Assembly (NCBI GenBank): GCA_965219995.1
Contig: CBDCOX010000002.1
Coordinates: 4,064,001-4,128,000 of the forward strand
DNA: 64,000 nt
Origin: Candidatus Latescibacterota bacterium
GTDB taxonomy: Bacteria > Latescibacterota > UBA2968 > GCA-2709665
Direction: 5' to 3'
A program made the position numbers and the translations under genes. Positions 19,904-30,419 of this stretch are shown here, in pieces. Every line of letters starts with the position of its first letter. The first letter of the stretch is position 1. The notes below the pieces were generated by a model that worked only from the letters and a program-made list of their open reading frames with translations, ran no database searches and was not told where the DNA came from.

Positions 19904-21883
19904 ATGGCGCAGAGTTCCGCAGCACAGACAGCGTCCGGGTCCCACGCCGCGCCGCAATCCGACGCGGTGACGCTTCGCGCCGTCGCCATCGGCCTGCTGC
20001 TGGTGCTCGTCGTCAATTTCTGGATCTCAATCACCGAGTACGTCATCCACGCCTCGCGGATGCAACTCTCCTTTTTCCCCCTCGCCCTCTTCGCCACCTT
20101 CCTCCTGCTGGTCATCGCCAACGGATTCGTCCGCCGGATCCGGCCGCACAGCGCCCTTCAGTCGTCGGAACTGCTCACCGTCCTGGCAATGGGATTCGTC
20201 GGCGCCGTAGTGCCCACCTCGGGCATCACGGGATTTCTCCTGGGCATTCTATCCGGCGTCTACTATTTCGCTACCCCGGAGAACCAGTGGGCGAACTATC
20301 TGCATCCGAATATGCCCGGCTGGGCCGTGCCTTCGAACGAAAATCACGCGATGACCTGGTTTTACGAGGGCCTGCCCGAGGGGCAGCAGGCGCCGTACCA
20401 GGCCTGGATTGCGCCGCTCATCAGCTGGGTTTTCTTCCTGTTCGCCCTTTGCACGCTCCTGTTCTGCATCGCGGTGATCCTCCGCAAACAGTGGGTTCGG
20501 AACGAGCGACTGGTCTTTCCGCTTGCTTCCGTGGGGGCCACGCTGACGCGCGCCGACCGGGGCGGTTTTCTGCCCGATGCCCTTCGCGGTGGCCTCTTCT
20601 GGGGTGGCTTCGGCGTGGGGTTCGGCGCCATTTCCTGGAATATCCTCAATTACTTCTGGCCGGTGGTCCCCAGGATTCCCCTCCAGGGCAAATGGGTCGT
20701 CTTTGCGAAGGGCTTTCCGCGCGTAAACACCCGCATCAACTTTCTCACCGCGGGATTCGCGTACTTCGCGAACCTGAATATCCTGTTCTCCATCTGGGTT
20801 TTCTTCGTCCTCTTCTTCTGGTTTGAAAACGGCATCATCAACCGCATCGGCTACGTCATCCCGCGCAAGCCGCTCAACTTTTCGGCCGAGACCGAAGTCA
20901 CCGCCTGGCAGGGATTCGGCGCGCTGACCGTGCTGGTGCTGTGGAACCTCTGGACCGCGCGCACGCATATCAGGGCCGTCTTCGCCAGGGCGTTCGGGAA
21001 AGGCGATGCCGACGATGCCGGGGAACTGCTTTCCTACAGGTTCGCCGTGTTCGGACTCGTCGGCAGCCTCGTCTTCATCTGCGCCTTCTTTGCCCGACTG
21101 GGTATGCAGGGCAAGCTCGTCGCGCTGCTCGTGCCGGCTCTGATCGTCAACTATCTCTCCATCGCCCGCATCGTCTGCGAGACCGGACTGGCCTATATGC
21201 GGACCACGCTGACCGAACAGTACGCCGCCCTGTACACGATCGGCACCAGGGCGCTTTCGCCCGCAAGCATGTCCGGCGTCAGTCTCACGTACAGCCTTGT
21301 CTGCCAGGGCAAGGGCACGTTCATGTCCCCCTTCATGCACGTGGTCCGACTCGCGGACCTCATCCGACGGAACAGGCGGCGGCTCGTCCCCGCCCTGGCG
21401 CTGGTGGTCGTCGTGGGCCTCGCGGCCGACTTCGCCCTCACGATCTTCCTGGGTTATCGGACCGGCGCGTTCAACTTCAATGCGTGGCCCTTCTCCAGCG
21501 CAGGCCGATTCGCCTACGACCTGACGGTGACGCAGATGCGGAGTCCCTTCGACACCAGTTGGGAGCGCCTGGCCGTCTTCTGCGTTGGCGCCGCCGCAAT
21601 GTCTCTGCTTACTTTTCTGCACTATCGTCTGCCGTGGTGGCCGTTCCATCCCATCGCGTTTCCGATTGCCTTTTCCTGGAACACCCAGCTTACCGTCTTT
21701 TCCATTTTCGTCGTCTGGGCCATCAAGGCCATCCTGCTCAAGGTCGGCGGCGTCAACCTGTACCGGAAGTGGCAACCCGCCTTTCTGGGGCTGCTGACCG
21801 GATATGTTCTGGCGATCACGTTATCCTTCGTCGTGGACGCGATCTGGTTTCCCGGCCAGGGACACGGCGTGCACAATTACTAG
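19904..21883 (+). CDS. DUF6785/DUF6784-type membrane protein, paralogue 3
   Basis: 659 aa; VPTSGITGFL, ILRKQW..ERLVFPL, WWPFHP; very similar to paralogue 1. Confidence 0.75.
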   Translation: MAQSSAAQTASGSHAAPQSDAVTLRAVAIGLLLVLVVNFWISITEYVIHASRMQLSFFPLALFATFLLLVIANGFVRRIRPHSALQSSELLTVLAMGFVGAVVPTSGITGFLLGILSGVYYFATPENQWANYLHPNMPGWAVPSNENHAMTWFYEGLPEGQQAPYQAWIAPLISWVFFLFALCTLLFCIAVILRKQWVRNERLVFPLASVGATLTRADRGGFLPDALRGGLFWGGFGVGFGAISWNILNYFWPVVPRIPLQGKWVVFAKGFPRVNTRINFLTAGFAYFANLNILFSIWVFFVLFFWFENGIINRIGYVIPRKPLNFSAETEVTAWQGFGALTVLVLWNLWTARTHIRAVFARAFGKGDADDAGELLSYRFAVFGLVGSLVFICAFFARLGMQGKLVALLVPALIVNYLSIARIVCETGLAYMRTTLTEQYAALYTIGTRALSPASMSGVSLTYSLVCQGKGTFMSPFMHVVRLADLIRRNRRRLVPALALVVVVGLAADFALTIFLGYRTGAFNFNAWPFSSAGRFAYDLTVTQMRSPFDTSWERLAVFCVGAAAMSLLTFLHYRLPWWPFHPIAFPIAFSWNTQLTVFSIFVVWAIKAILLKVGGVNLYRKWQPAFLGLLTGYVLAITLSFVVDAIWFPGQGHGVHNY

Positions 21884-21909
21884 CCTCCTAAAGCCAACAA
21901 CCGGAACCA

Positions 21910-21936
21910 ACATGGATGGACAGGATAGACAGGATG
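21910..21936 (+). repeat. Nonamer-periodic intergenic repeat ACATGGATGGACAGGAT, second copy at 33619..33644
   Basis: 17-bp identity between the two sites, each followed by another ACAGGAT unit. Confidence 0.6.
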
Positions 21937-22082
21937 AAAACCTAAAGACTGGAATACACCCGATTCGTGCTACAGCGTTGATTTCGACAGCCCTTGGTAG
22001 CAAATAAAGAGGGCCGACGAATGTCTCGTCGGCCCTTCCTGTCCTGCCTGTTGTCGAGCGAGGCTCACGTCTACCCGCAAGG

Positions 22083-24116
22083 TCACGGCATCACCCGGAA
22101 TACCGCGGAACTCGTCGCACGGCTCTTTGCCCGCAAGTCCTCCACGACCACCCTGAAGGCCCAGGGTCCGGGTTTCGACCCTTCCATGTCCAGGGTGAGA
22201 TAATGCGGCTGCCAGTCCCGGGTCTCGTTGTACGAGTTGGTCACGGCCGTGGTCCACTCAGGTATCGCGTCGTCGTCTTCCTTCCACTTCTCCGGCAGCA
22301 GGCGGGTCTGGTACGTGATCCGGTAGCTTGTGGCGCCGAACTCATCCCGCTTCAGATTGTAAACCTCGAAATAGAACGACATGCTTGCGTCCCGCTGGCA
22401 CTGCTTCAAAGGATTGGGCAACACCATAAATCGGTCCCGACCGAACGGCCGGTCGTCGTGTTCGACAACCCGCTGAGCCAGCAGCAGATCGCTGATCTGC
22501 AGTCCGTCTCTGCCGAATCTGCCGATCTCCAACGACTCGCGAAAGGTCCCGAGGCTGTGCCGGCCGAGATCCTCCGTCTCAACCGACAGATGGTACGTCC
22601 CCGGATCCATCGACAGACGCTCGCCCCAGAAGAGGTATCCGTCACGAACGGCGTTGCCTTCGATCCACGGCATTCTGTGAATGGGTGAAATGGTCTTTCG
22701 GACTTCCTTCCACGCCTCGTCGAACAGGAACAGGCCCTGCTTGAGATCCACCGCCTGTATACCGGAACTGACCTCCCGGTGCGCTACATGTTCGCCGGCA
22801 AGCGCATAGTACAGCTCCACGCGGGTTTTTCCGTTCTCTCCCCGGAACTGCGCGATCTCGAACGGCGCGTCGTACCGCTTCAGCCAGTACGGGTCGCTGT
22901 AGTACTCGGGGATCCGCGCCAACAGGTCCTTGAACCTGCTTCTGACCGAACCGCGGATCGTGACCTGCAGCACCTCCCAGTTTTTTTCTCCGAGGCGCTC
23001 GAACGTCACGCTGAAACCGGGATAGCTCCACGTCTCGCGGAGCAGCACGTAGTTCATCCGGTCCAGATAGATGTTTCGCGCATCGGGATGCCCGTAACGT
23101 ATGTACACCTGGCCGCGGTCCGTCTCCCAGCCTTCGACGCCCCGGTCCGGATCGGCGAACCTGAGATTGGCGTATGCCACCCGCCTGCAGTGTTCCAGCA
23201 TCCGCTCGTTCCCGGGAGTCAGAAACAACGGATCCCGTCCTGTCCAGAACCGCCGCAGGGTTTCTTCGTCCGGCAGCTCGCCGCCGTCTTTCAACGCTTC
23301 CCGGTCCGTCAACACCACCACGGACCGGATGAACTGCTGTTCCAGCGGCGACATCAGGTCCAGACCTACCGAATAGAGGTCAAACGCCTTATCCAGGTCC
23401 TCGCGATTCTGGTAACCCAGCCCCGTGAAGAAGTACGCATCCCAGTCTTCCGGGTGGCGCTGAGCATAGTCTTCGAACAGATCCACGAGCCGATCGGCCA
23501 TGTGTCCTTCCAGGTAGACCTGGCCGAGCAGAATCCGCGCTGGACGGTGTTCCGGATCCACCTCCAGCACGCGGGTCAGATAGCCGATCGCCTGCTCCCG
23601 CATCCCCCTGCCGTAATTCCCGTAGTGGAACCTTCGCTTGCGCTCCGGTCCCGACTTCAGGGTTTCCCGTTCCAGATTGTACATCATTTCCCTGGCGGCG
23701 TATCTGCCGGCCTGATAGAGGGCGTCGACGTTATTGGGCGACAGCGCGATCGCCCGCCGGATCTGCACGTAGAACTCTTTGCGCGACCCCGCCTGCCAGT
23801 AGATCTCCGCATACGTCTTCACGTAAGCCGCGTTCTCCGGCTCCCGCTTCATCGCCCGTTGCACCCACTGCCGAGCGAACCGCCTGGACAACACGGTGCC
23901 GCGACTCAGATAGTGCCTGGCCAGGGCGTGCATCGCCCTTCCGGACGGATCGTATCGAACCGCCCGCTCCATCAGCGATACGCGCTTCATGTGCGACAGG
24001 GTGGTATCCGCCGCGGAGGCAAGAAGGGCGGCCACCTTGTACGCGTCCCGCTTGGCCGCCGGCGAGGGCGCGGCGAAGCAAAGGATGGTGGGGATCAACA
24101 GCGCAAGACGCAACAT
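22083..24116 (-). CDS. TPR plus GWxTD domain exported protein 1
   Basis: Signal peptide from ATG 24116; TPR helices; FW..RDP...NER..EH..R; GWETDRGQVYIRYGHPD; C-terminal SDLLLA / PNP / YFEVYNL domain. Confidence 0.85.
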   Translation of the reverse strand: MLRLALLIPTILCFAAPSPAAKRDAYKVAALLASAADTTLSHMKRVSLMERAVRYDPSGRAMHALARHYLSRGTVLSRRFARQWVQRAMKREPENAAYVKTYAEIYWQAGSRKEFYVQIRRAIALSPNNVDALYQAGRYAAREMMYNLERETLKSGPERKRRFHYGNYGRGMREQAIGYLTRVLEVDPEHRPARILLGQVYLEGHMADRLVDLFEDYAQRHPEDWDAYFFTGLGYQNREDLDKAFDLYSVGLDLMSPLEQQFIRSVVVLTDREALKDGGELPDEETLRRFWTGRDPLFLTPGNERMLEHCRRVAYANLRFADPDRGVEGWETDRGQVYIRYGHPDARNIYLDRMNYVLLRETWSYPGFSVTFERLGEKNWEVLQVTIRGSVRSRFKDLLARIPEYYSDPYWLKRYDAPFEIAQFRGENGKTRVELYYALAGEHVAHREVSSGIQAVDLKQGLFLFDEAWKEVRKTISPIHRMPWIEGNAVRDGYLFWGERLSMDPGTYHLSVETEDLGRHSLGTFRESLEIGRFGRDGLQISDLLLAQRVVEHDDRPFGRDRFMVLPNPLKQCQRDASMSFYFEVYNLKRDEFGATSYRITYQTRLLPEKWKEDDDAIPEWTTAVTNSYNETRDWQPHYLTLDMEGSKPGPWAFRVVVEDLRAKSRATSSAVFRVMP

Positions 24117-24301
24117 GACGTACACCACGTGAATCGGCGGAGACGGAAAACCGGCGACAGGCGGGATGAAGGCGCCCGCCGCATCCGTTTGCAAATTATC
24201 CCTTACGTACCCCGTGTACCATTTGTAGACCCTGAAATGGAACGAAAGGTTCCGCCGGCGTGTCCATCGACGCTTCGACCGGCGAGCCATCCGCGAGTCG
24301 G

Positions 24302-26422
24302 CTACCATCGCACGCGAAAACGGGTCATGGACTCGGCCTCGGCGTCCGCCAGCAGATCCTCGACGATCACCCGGAAGGCGCGCAATCCCGGCGCCGTATC
24401 GGCCATATCCACCCGCAGATACCGGGGTTCCCAATCCCTGGCGCCCCGGTACGTATATGACACCGCCGTGGTCCACTCCGGCCGCGGGTCATCCAGTCTG
24501 CTCCTCTCGGGGATCACCTGGGTCTGATAGCCAATCCTGTAATGTGTGGCGCCGAAGGTATCGCGCGCCAGGTTGTACACCTCAAAATAAAACCACGCGC
24601 TTCCGTCGCGCGAGCACTCCCGCAGCGGATTGGGCAGCACCATGAAACGGGCGCGGTCCATCGGCCACTCGTCCCGCTCCACGATGCGCCGCGCCATCAG
24701 CAGGCTGCTGATTTCCAGCGAATCGGCGCTGAACCGCCTGACCCGCAACCGGTCCCGGAACGTGCCCACTTTCCTGGTGGCCTGGTCCTCCGCCTCTCCC
24801 GCCAGGTTATAGTCTCCGGGCGCCAGCGTCAGCTGCTCGCTCGCGAGCAGGTATCCCCTCCTGGTCGAGACGTAATGTATCCAGGGCATGCGCCGTACCC
24901 GGCCGACATCCCGCCGCAGCGTATCCCAGGCCGTGTCGAACAGGAACATCGCCTGCAACACGTCCACCGCGCGGACCCCGGGATTGACCTCTTCATGCGC
25001 GACCTGGTCGCCGGGAAGCGCATAGTATACTTCCACGCCGGTCTTCCCGCCATCGCGCCTGAATTGAGCGACCTGATAGGGCACGCTGTACTGATAGGGG
25101 TAGCGGTAGTAGTCCGGAACCGCTTTGACCAGTTCGCTGAAATTGAGGGTCCGGCCGCCCAGCTTCGACTTGCCGAATCGCCACGAATCCCAGGAATTGG
25201 TGTTCAGGAACGACACCTCGAACCCCTCGTACGTCCACGTATCCTTTCGAGGATGGAACTCGAAGATCCCACCTGACGGGCGCCACTGCCGCCGCCTCAT
25301 CTCCGCTTCCTCTTCGATGGTCTTCGTCAGGCCCAGATCGATGTCCGCGGGCGTCATGTGCCGCGCGACGGGGTCGCCGTACCGGATGTACGCCTGACCC
25401 CGGGCCGTTTCCCATCCGGCGTATCCGTTGATCGGGTCCCCGAATCGCAGGTTCGCGAAGGCCACCCGCCGGCATTGCTCCAGCATCCGTTCGTTGATCT
25501 CGCTCAGATACAGCGGATCCTTCCCGAACCAGAACTTCCGGATCGCTTCCTCGTCCGGCGGGGGCTCGTCGTTCTTCCAGGATTTCCTGTCCCGCATCAG
25601 AAAGACCGACTGCATGAACCGGCGCTGCCGGTCGGACAGCCGCGCCAGCCCGTCCACGTAGGCGCGATAGGCTGCTTCCGGATCACCCTTCTCCTGGTGG
25701 CCGAGCCCCTTGAAGAACCAGGCGTCCGCGCGGCCTTCATTTCGTTCGATTTGTTCGTTAAACAGGGAGATCAGCGCATCCGGCCTGCGCGCCAGATAAT
25801 ATGCCAGCCCAAGATGCACGCGGGACGGCCAGTGGTCCGGATCCAGCCACAGGGCGCGGCTCAGATAGTCGATCCCGACGTCCACGTCCATGTCCGCGTA
25901 GCCGCGCTGCGCGAACGTGCGCCCCGCGGTCACGTCTCCGTCCCCTGCCACACGAGCCTCGTCGCCCGCTCCCTCCCGCGTGAAAAACGTCATTTCCCAC
26001 GACCAGACCACGAACCGCCCCGCCCAATAGTAGGCGCGCACGTTTTTCGGATCCAGCGCGATGGCCTCCCTCGCCCTTTTGTACGAGCCGGACCGCGGGC
26101 CGGTGCGCCAGAGCAGTTCCGCGAAGGACGCCACGTATTCCGAGTTATCGGGCTCACGCTCCAGCGCCCGCTTCAAGAGCGACCGCGCCTGCTGGCGCGA
26201 ATACGTCGTGCCTTTTTCCAGCCGCAACCGCGCGAGCGCATGCAGGGCCCTTCCCGTCCTGTCGAGTTCGATCGCGTTCTTCAACAGGTCCCTGCGTCGG
26301 TCCATCCCCAGCGAGGTATCCGTGGATGCCTGAACGAGCGAATCCACCGTCGCCAGGTCCCCTTGCGCGGCCTGCGCAGGGACCGATAACAACAACAGGC
26401 AAACGAACGTCCGAAAGGTCAT
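24302..26422 (-). CDS. TPR plus GWxTD domain exported protein 2
   Basis: Signal peptide MTFRTFVCLLLLSVPAQA; GWETARGQAYIRYGDP; paralogous to the downstream gene. Confidence 0.85.
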   Translation of the reverse strand: MTFRTFVCLLLLSVPAQAAQGDLATVDSLVQASTDTSLGMDRRRDLLKNAIELDRTGRALHALARLRLEKGTTYSRQQARSLLKRALEREPDNSEYVASFAELLWRTGPRSGSYKRAREAIALDPKNVRAYYWAGRFVVWSWEMTFFTREGAGDEARVAGDGDVTAGRTFAQRGYADMDVDVGIDYLSRALWLDPDHWPSRVHLGLAYYLARRPDALISLFNEQIERNEGRADAWFFKGLGHQEKGDPEAAYRAYVDGLARLSDRQRRFMQSVFLMRDRKSWKNDEPPPDEEAIRKFWFGKDPLYLSEINERMLEQCRRVAFANLRFGDPINGYAGWETARGQAYIRYGDPVARHMTPADIDLGLTKTIEEEAEMRRRQWRPSGGIFEFHPRKDTWTYEGFEVSFLNTNSWDSWRFGKSKLGGRTLNFSELVKAVPDYYRYPYQYSVPYQVAQFRRDGGKTGVEVYYALPGDQVAHEEVNPGVRAVDVLQAMFLFDTAWDTLRRDVGRVRRMPWIHYVSTRRGYLLASEQLTLAPGDYNLAGEAEDQATRKVGTFRDRLRVRRFSADSLEISSLLMARRIVERDEWPMDRARFMVLPNPLRECSRDGSAWFYFEVYNLARDTFGATHYRIGYQTQVIPERSRLDDPRPEWTTAVSYTYRGARDWEPRYLRVDMADTAPGLRAFRVIVEDLLADAEAESMTRFRVRW

Positions 26423-26488
26423 TCGCAACTCCGAAACCCCCGGCGGATTTCGATTCTCCCGGCATCGATCCATTCGATTCGCTGCCGG

Positions 26489-27601
26489 CTACGCGGCGTG
26501 AATCGTCTCGTGCGCGCGGCTGTATCGCGCCACGGCGTCCATATTCAGTTCGCACCCCAGCCCGGGGTCCATGGGAACCGGCGCGAATCCGTCCGCAAAC
26601 GCGATCTGCTCCCGGATCAGGTTGCTCTCCCGGACCCAGCTTCCCACAATATCCGACGCCATGGTGCAGTTGGGCGCCGCCGAGACCGCGTGTACGTACG
26701 ACGCTTCGAGGATGCCCAGGTCGACCCCGGATCCGTGCCAGCAGCGCAGCCCGGCCGCCTCCGCTACGGCGGCGCTTTTCACGAAGCCCGTCATGCTCCC
26801 GCCCAGGTTCACGCAGTCCACCACGCCGGCCTTCACCGCCCGAATGACGTCCGACCCGCTCCCCAGGTGCATCGCAATGGGGATATTGACGGCCTCGTAA
26901 ATGGCAACGTAGCCCTCCAGGTCCGACTTGGGAATCGGGTCTTCGAATACCTCCACGTTGCCCAGGGGCTCGAGTTGCCCGGCGAGCTCGATCGTCTGCT
27001 CGGCCGTACGGAACCGCTCGTTGGGGTCCACGGTGACCTTGAACTCCGGGCCTGCGACGTCCCGGATGGCCCGCAGCCGTTCCAGCATCGGTTCCTCGAT
27101 CTTGCACTTGATCTTGATCCCCTTGAAGCCGTTCTCAAGCGCCCGTGCGACGGTCCGCTTTCCGTCCTCGGGCGTCTGGGACCCCATCCAGTAGTCCGTA
27201 CGCACCCGGTCGCGCACGGCCCCGCCGAGCAGGGCGTGTACGGGCATTCGGCGCGCGCGGCCGATCAGGTCGAATACGGCCATCTCGAGGGCATGATACG
27301 CGGGGCCCGTTCCCACTTCCAGCATCTTCTCGGCGCCGTCGGTGCGGGCTTCGTAGACATTCTGCAACGTCACGGTTTCGGGGTCCCGTCCCAGAACCAG
27401 GTCCGCGCCCGCGCGCACGTCCTCGATGGGCACACCCCGGCCGGACTCTCCCAGCCCGTAGGTTTCGGTGTCCGTATTGATCCGGAGGATATGCTTGGGC
27501 ACCACGTCCCACCCGACTTCGGGGACCCATTCGGGACTGTTCACGCGCCCCGGGAGACTGGGCACCACCACGGTCCATACGTCCATCGACGTCATTTTCA
27601 T
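26489..27601 (-). CDS. Mandelate racemase/muconate lactonizing enzyme family protein
   Basis: ATG at 27601 after GAGGAG; KIK motif, DPN, EDP, PGLGCE. Confidence 0.88.
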   Translation of the reverse strand: MKMTSMDVWTVVVPSLPGRVNSPEWVPEVGWDVVPKHILRINTDTETYGLGESGRGVPIEDVRAGADLVLGRDPETVTLQNVYEARTDGAEKMLEVGTGPAYHALEMAVFDLIGRARRMPVHALLGGAVRDRVRTDYWMGSQTPEDGKRTVARALENGFKGIKIKCKIEEPMLERLRAIRDVAGPEFKVTVDPNERFRTAEQTIELAGQLEPLGNVEVFEDPIPKSDLEGYVAIYEAVNIPIAMHLGSGSDVIRAVKAGVVDCVNLGGSMTGFVKSAAVAEAAGLRCWHGSGVDLGILEASYVHAVSAAPNCTMASDIVGSWVRESNLIREQIAFADGFAPVPMDPGLGCELNMDAVARYSRAHETIHAA

Positions 27602-27639
27602 CGTTCGCTCCTCGGTTATTGGATTTCGGATTAAACCAT

Positions 27640-27682
27640 TTGACATCTGCCTGTGTCTACTGTATATTGAAAGTAATACACT
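27640..27682 (+). promoter_or_regulatory. Sigma70 promoter overlapped by a YtrA-type GntR operator
   Basis: TTGACA (27640)-17 nt-TATATT (27663). The inverted repeat TGTAT-N10-ATACA (27661..27680) covers the -10 box. Confidence 0.8.
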
Positions 27683-27705
27683 AATACACTTTGGAGAACC
27701 GACCC

Positions 27706-28098
27706 GTGCTGATTGCAATCGACCACCACAGCGGCGTGCCGGTCTACCGGCAGTTGATGGACCAGATCAAGTTTCATATCGCGAGCGGCCTGTTGAATGC
27801 CGGCGAAAAACTGCCCACCACCCGCTCCCTCTCGGCAGAACTGGGCGTGAACCCGATGACGGTCAGCAAAGCCTACGGCTATCTGGAGGCCGAGGGCATC
27901 CTGGAGCGGAGGCGCGGACTTCCGCTGACCGTGAGTTACCTGAGACCCGAAAAGATCGAAGTTCAAAAGCTCAATCGGCTCCGGCAGAGCCTGGCGCCTA
28001 TTGTAGCCATCGCAAGACAACTCGGCGTCGAAAAATCGCAGGCCCTGGAGCTGTTCGGCCGGATGCTGGACGATGCCGAGGATCAGGAGGAATCATAA
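27706..28098 (+). CDS. GntR family regulator, YtrA subfamily
   Basis: PVYRQL, GEKLP..RSL..ELGVNPMTVSKAY winged HTH, short C-terminus, precedes an ABC ATPase. Confidence 0.92.
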   Translation: MLIAIDHHSGVPVYRQLMDQIKFHIASGLLNAGEKLPTTRSLSAELGVNPMTVSKAYGYLEAEGILERRRGLPLTVSYLRPEKIEVQKLNRLRQSLAPIVAIARQLGVEKSQALELFGRMLDDAEDQEES

Positions 28099-28099
28099 T

Positions 28100-28984
28100 A
28101 TGGAATCCGCATTTGAAGTCAAGAACCTGACGAAGACGTTTGGAGACGTCACCGCGCTGGACAACGTGAGCGCTTCCGTACCCGGCCCGGCGGTTGTGGG
28201 CCTCATCGGCAGAAACGGAAGCGGAAAGACAACGCTGCTTCGCCACGTCATCGGCCTTTACCTGCCAACCAGCGGGCAATGCACTACCTTTGGATGCCCC
28301 AGCGACAAACTGGGTTCCGACGAACTCTCGCGCATCGGCGTCGTGCACCAGGAGAACCGGTTCCTGGAGTGGATGAAGGTGGAGCAGCAACTGCGCTATG
28401 TCTCCTCGTTCTACAAACGTTGGGACCGGGACCTCGAAGAGCGCCTGATCGACGAACTGGAACTGGAGCCCTCGGCACGCGTGGGGACGCTTTCGCCCGG
28501 CAACGCGCAGAAGCTGGGCATCATTCTTGCCGTCTGCCACCGCCCGGACCTGCTGATCCTGGACGAACCGATCAGCGGCCTGGACCCCATCACGCGCGAG
28601 CAATTCCTGAGATTCCTCCTCGAACTCCTCCATCAGGACGCGAATACGATCGTCATTTCGTCACACGTCCTGCGCGACGTCGAGAAAGTCATCAACCGCG
28701 TGATCTGCCTCGACAAGGGCCGGATCAAGGCGGATGCCTCGCTGGACGACCTCCAGGAGCAATTCGCCGAGTGGCGGGTGACCGTCAAGGCCGGCAGACT
28801 CCGCACACATTTCGAAGAAAACTACGTCGTGTCACAGGAGGTGGACAGCTACCAGGCCCGACTGCTCGTGAAAGGAGCATCGGACAACCTGGACGCATTC
28901 AAATCGAAATACGGGGTGGACGTCGACAACAGACCGCTCAACCTGGAAAGTATGTTTCCGCTTCTCCTGGAGGAGAACGGATGA
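28100..28984 (+). CDS. ABC-2 type ATP-binding protein (YtrB-like)
   Basis: GRNGSGKTT, LSPG, LILDEP, ISSH. Confidence 0.92.
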   Translation: MESAFEVKNLTKTFGDVTALDNVSASVPGPAVVGLIGRNGSGKTTLLRHVIGLYLPTSGQCTTFGCPSDKLGSDELSRIGVVHQENRFLEWMKVEQQLRYVSSFYKRWDRDLEERLIDELELEPSARVGTLSPGNAQKLGIILAVCHRPDLLILDEPISGLDPITREQFLRFLLELLHQDANTIVISSHVLRDVEKVINRVICLDKGRIKADASLDDLQEQFAEWRVTVKAGRLRTHFEENYVVSQEVDSYQARLLVKGASDNLDAFKSKYGVDVDNRPLNLESMFPLLLEENG

Positions 28985-30384
28985 TGGGGTTCTACGCGTT
29001 GTTCGGATTGCTGTGGCGCAAATGGACCGTCCTGTACCTCTTCGGCCAGGGATTGCCGATCGCGTATTTCCTGTTTTCCTATGCGGACCAGCCATTCCCC
29101 GGCACACCCACGCCAGGCCGTCTCAATTTTCTCAGCTTTCTCATCGCGGCATTTATTGGACAGGATCTTGGGTTTGCCTTGCGCGAGCTTCAGCACACCC
29201 TGATCTCGTGGACGCTGCCCAAGCTGCGAAGGCGACTCTTCATTTCATTGCTATTGGCCGGCATCGTCACCGCGATGACTGTGACGTGCGCATATAAATC
29301 GCTCGGCGGTCCTGGACCATCGCTCGCGATTCTCGCGTCTGTTCTTCTCTGGTATAGTATGGGAGTGGCCGTCGGAAGAGGTTCAATACCGAGATTTTGG
29401 AGTTTACGCATCTCCTATGACCAACTTTCGACTCTAACTCTGTTTCTATTGGTCGTTGCCGGTTTTTCGATCAATCACATCGTCGATTTTTGCGGCGCCC
29501 ACGCCCTTCTGTGCGCCTTCGTGGCAATGCTGGGCGCCTCGTTCTTCCTCCATAGAAATCTCTCTGTCAACGTTGCCCGGCGGAATTCACAGATCTCCAT
29601 AGCGGAACTGACGGCATGGAAGGGAGTTTCGAGGCGGAAATGGCAGCAAAGACGTCCGATTACCGGCCTGTTCAACTGGATCCGAGCCGGGGCATACGAA
29701 AACCACGGTTTCGTCCGCGGAGGATGGCCGGTCATCGCCGTCGGAATGTCATGCATTGCCGCGCTAATTGTGACCGGTATGGCATACTACAAGGGATACA
29801 GCACGGGATCTCATGAAATGGGGATTCAGTTCATATACACTGCCATATTCGATGCTTCATCGGTAAGGAATATACCCGTACTCATATCGATCTTTCCCGC
29901 CATGTTTGTTGCTTTCCATGCCGTGATCGGATCGTGTCATCTCAAGGGTAATTTGCACTATCCGCTTGCCCGTCACCAATTGGCAAGGCTCGCGTATTGG
30001 GGTAGTCTCGTTCACAACGCTGTTTTCTGTGGGATGCTGCTACTGACCTTTCACCTTTCGGGAAGCCTGGCCTGGTTCAATACAGGAGGGGTGGCACCGT
30101 TCAAGTTTGTCCCTGATTCTGCCCTTCCACTCATCCTGATGTTTGCCTTCAGCCCGTTTCTTTCCTGGATGTGCCTGCGATATGGACAAAGTTCGCCTTC
30201 GAATGTAGTAATTCTGCTTCTCTACACACTTGTCGTTGGGTTGTTGGGTGTGCTATGGCTCGAAGAGGGTTCCGGCATTTCGGATCTCTATGGGATCACA
30301 GGGGGCATTGCTCTCATCCTCCTGTCCCAGTTCCTCTTCCGCTACAAGATCGAAAGGTATTTCAAGACCGCCGATCTCGTCTGA
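28981..30384 (+). CDS. Multi-pass membrane protein, probable ABC-2 permease
   Basis: ATGA-coupled to the ATPase; about 12 hydrophobic segments; ends in ADLV; lower GC. Confidence 0.65.
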   Translation: MMGFYALFGLLWRKWTVLYLFGQGLPIAYFLFSYADQPFPGTPTPGRLNFLSFLIAAFIGQDLGFALRELQHTLISWTLPKLRRRLFISLLLAGIVTAMTVTCAYKSLGGPGPSLAILASVLLWYSMGVAVGRGSIPRFWSLRISYDQLSTLTLFLLVVAGFSINHIVDFCGAHALLCAFVAMLGASFFLHRNLSVNVARRNSQISIAELTAWKGVSRRKWQQRRPITGLFNWIRAGAYENHGFVRGGWPVIAVGMSCIAALIVTGMAYYKGYSTGSHEMGIQFIYTAIFDASSVRNIPVLISIFPAMFVAFHAVIGSCHLKGNLHYPLARHQLARLAYWGSLVHNAVFCGMLLLTFHLSGSLAWFNTGGVAPFKFVPDSALPLILMFAFSPFLSWMCLRYGQSSPSNVVILLLYTLVVGLLGVLWLEEGSGISDLYGITGGIALILLSQFLFRYKIERYFKTADLV

Positions 30385-30419
30385 CGATGCGATGCGTGGC
30401 GGCGGCGTTGTGGTATACT

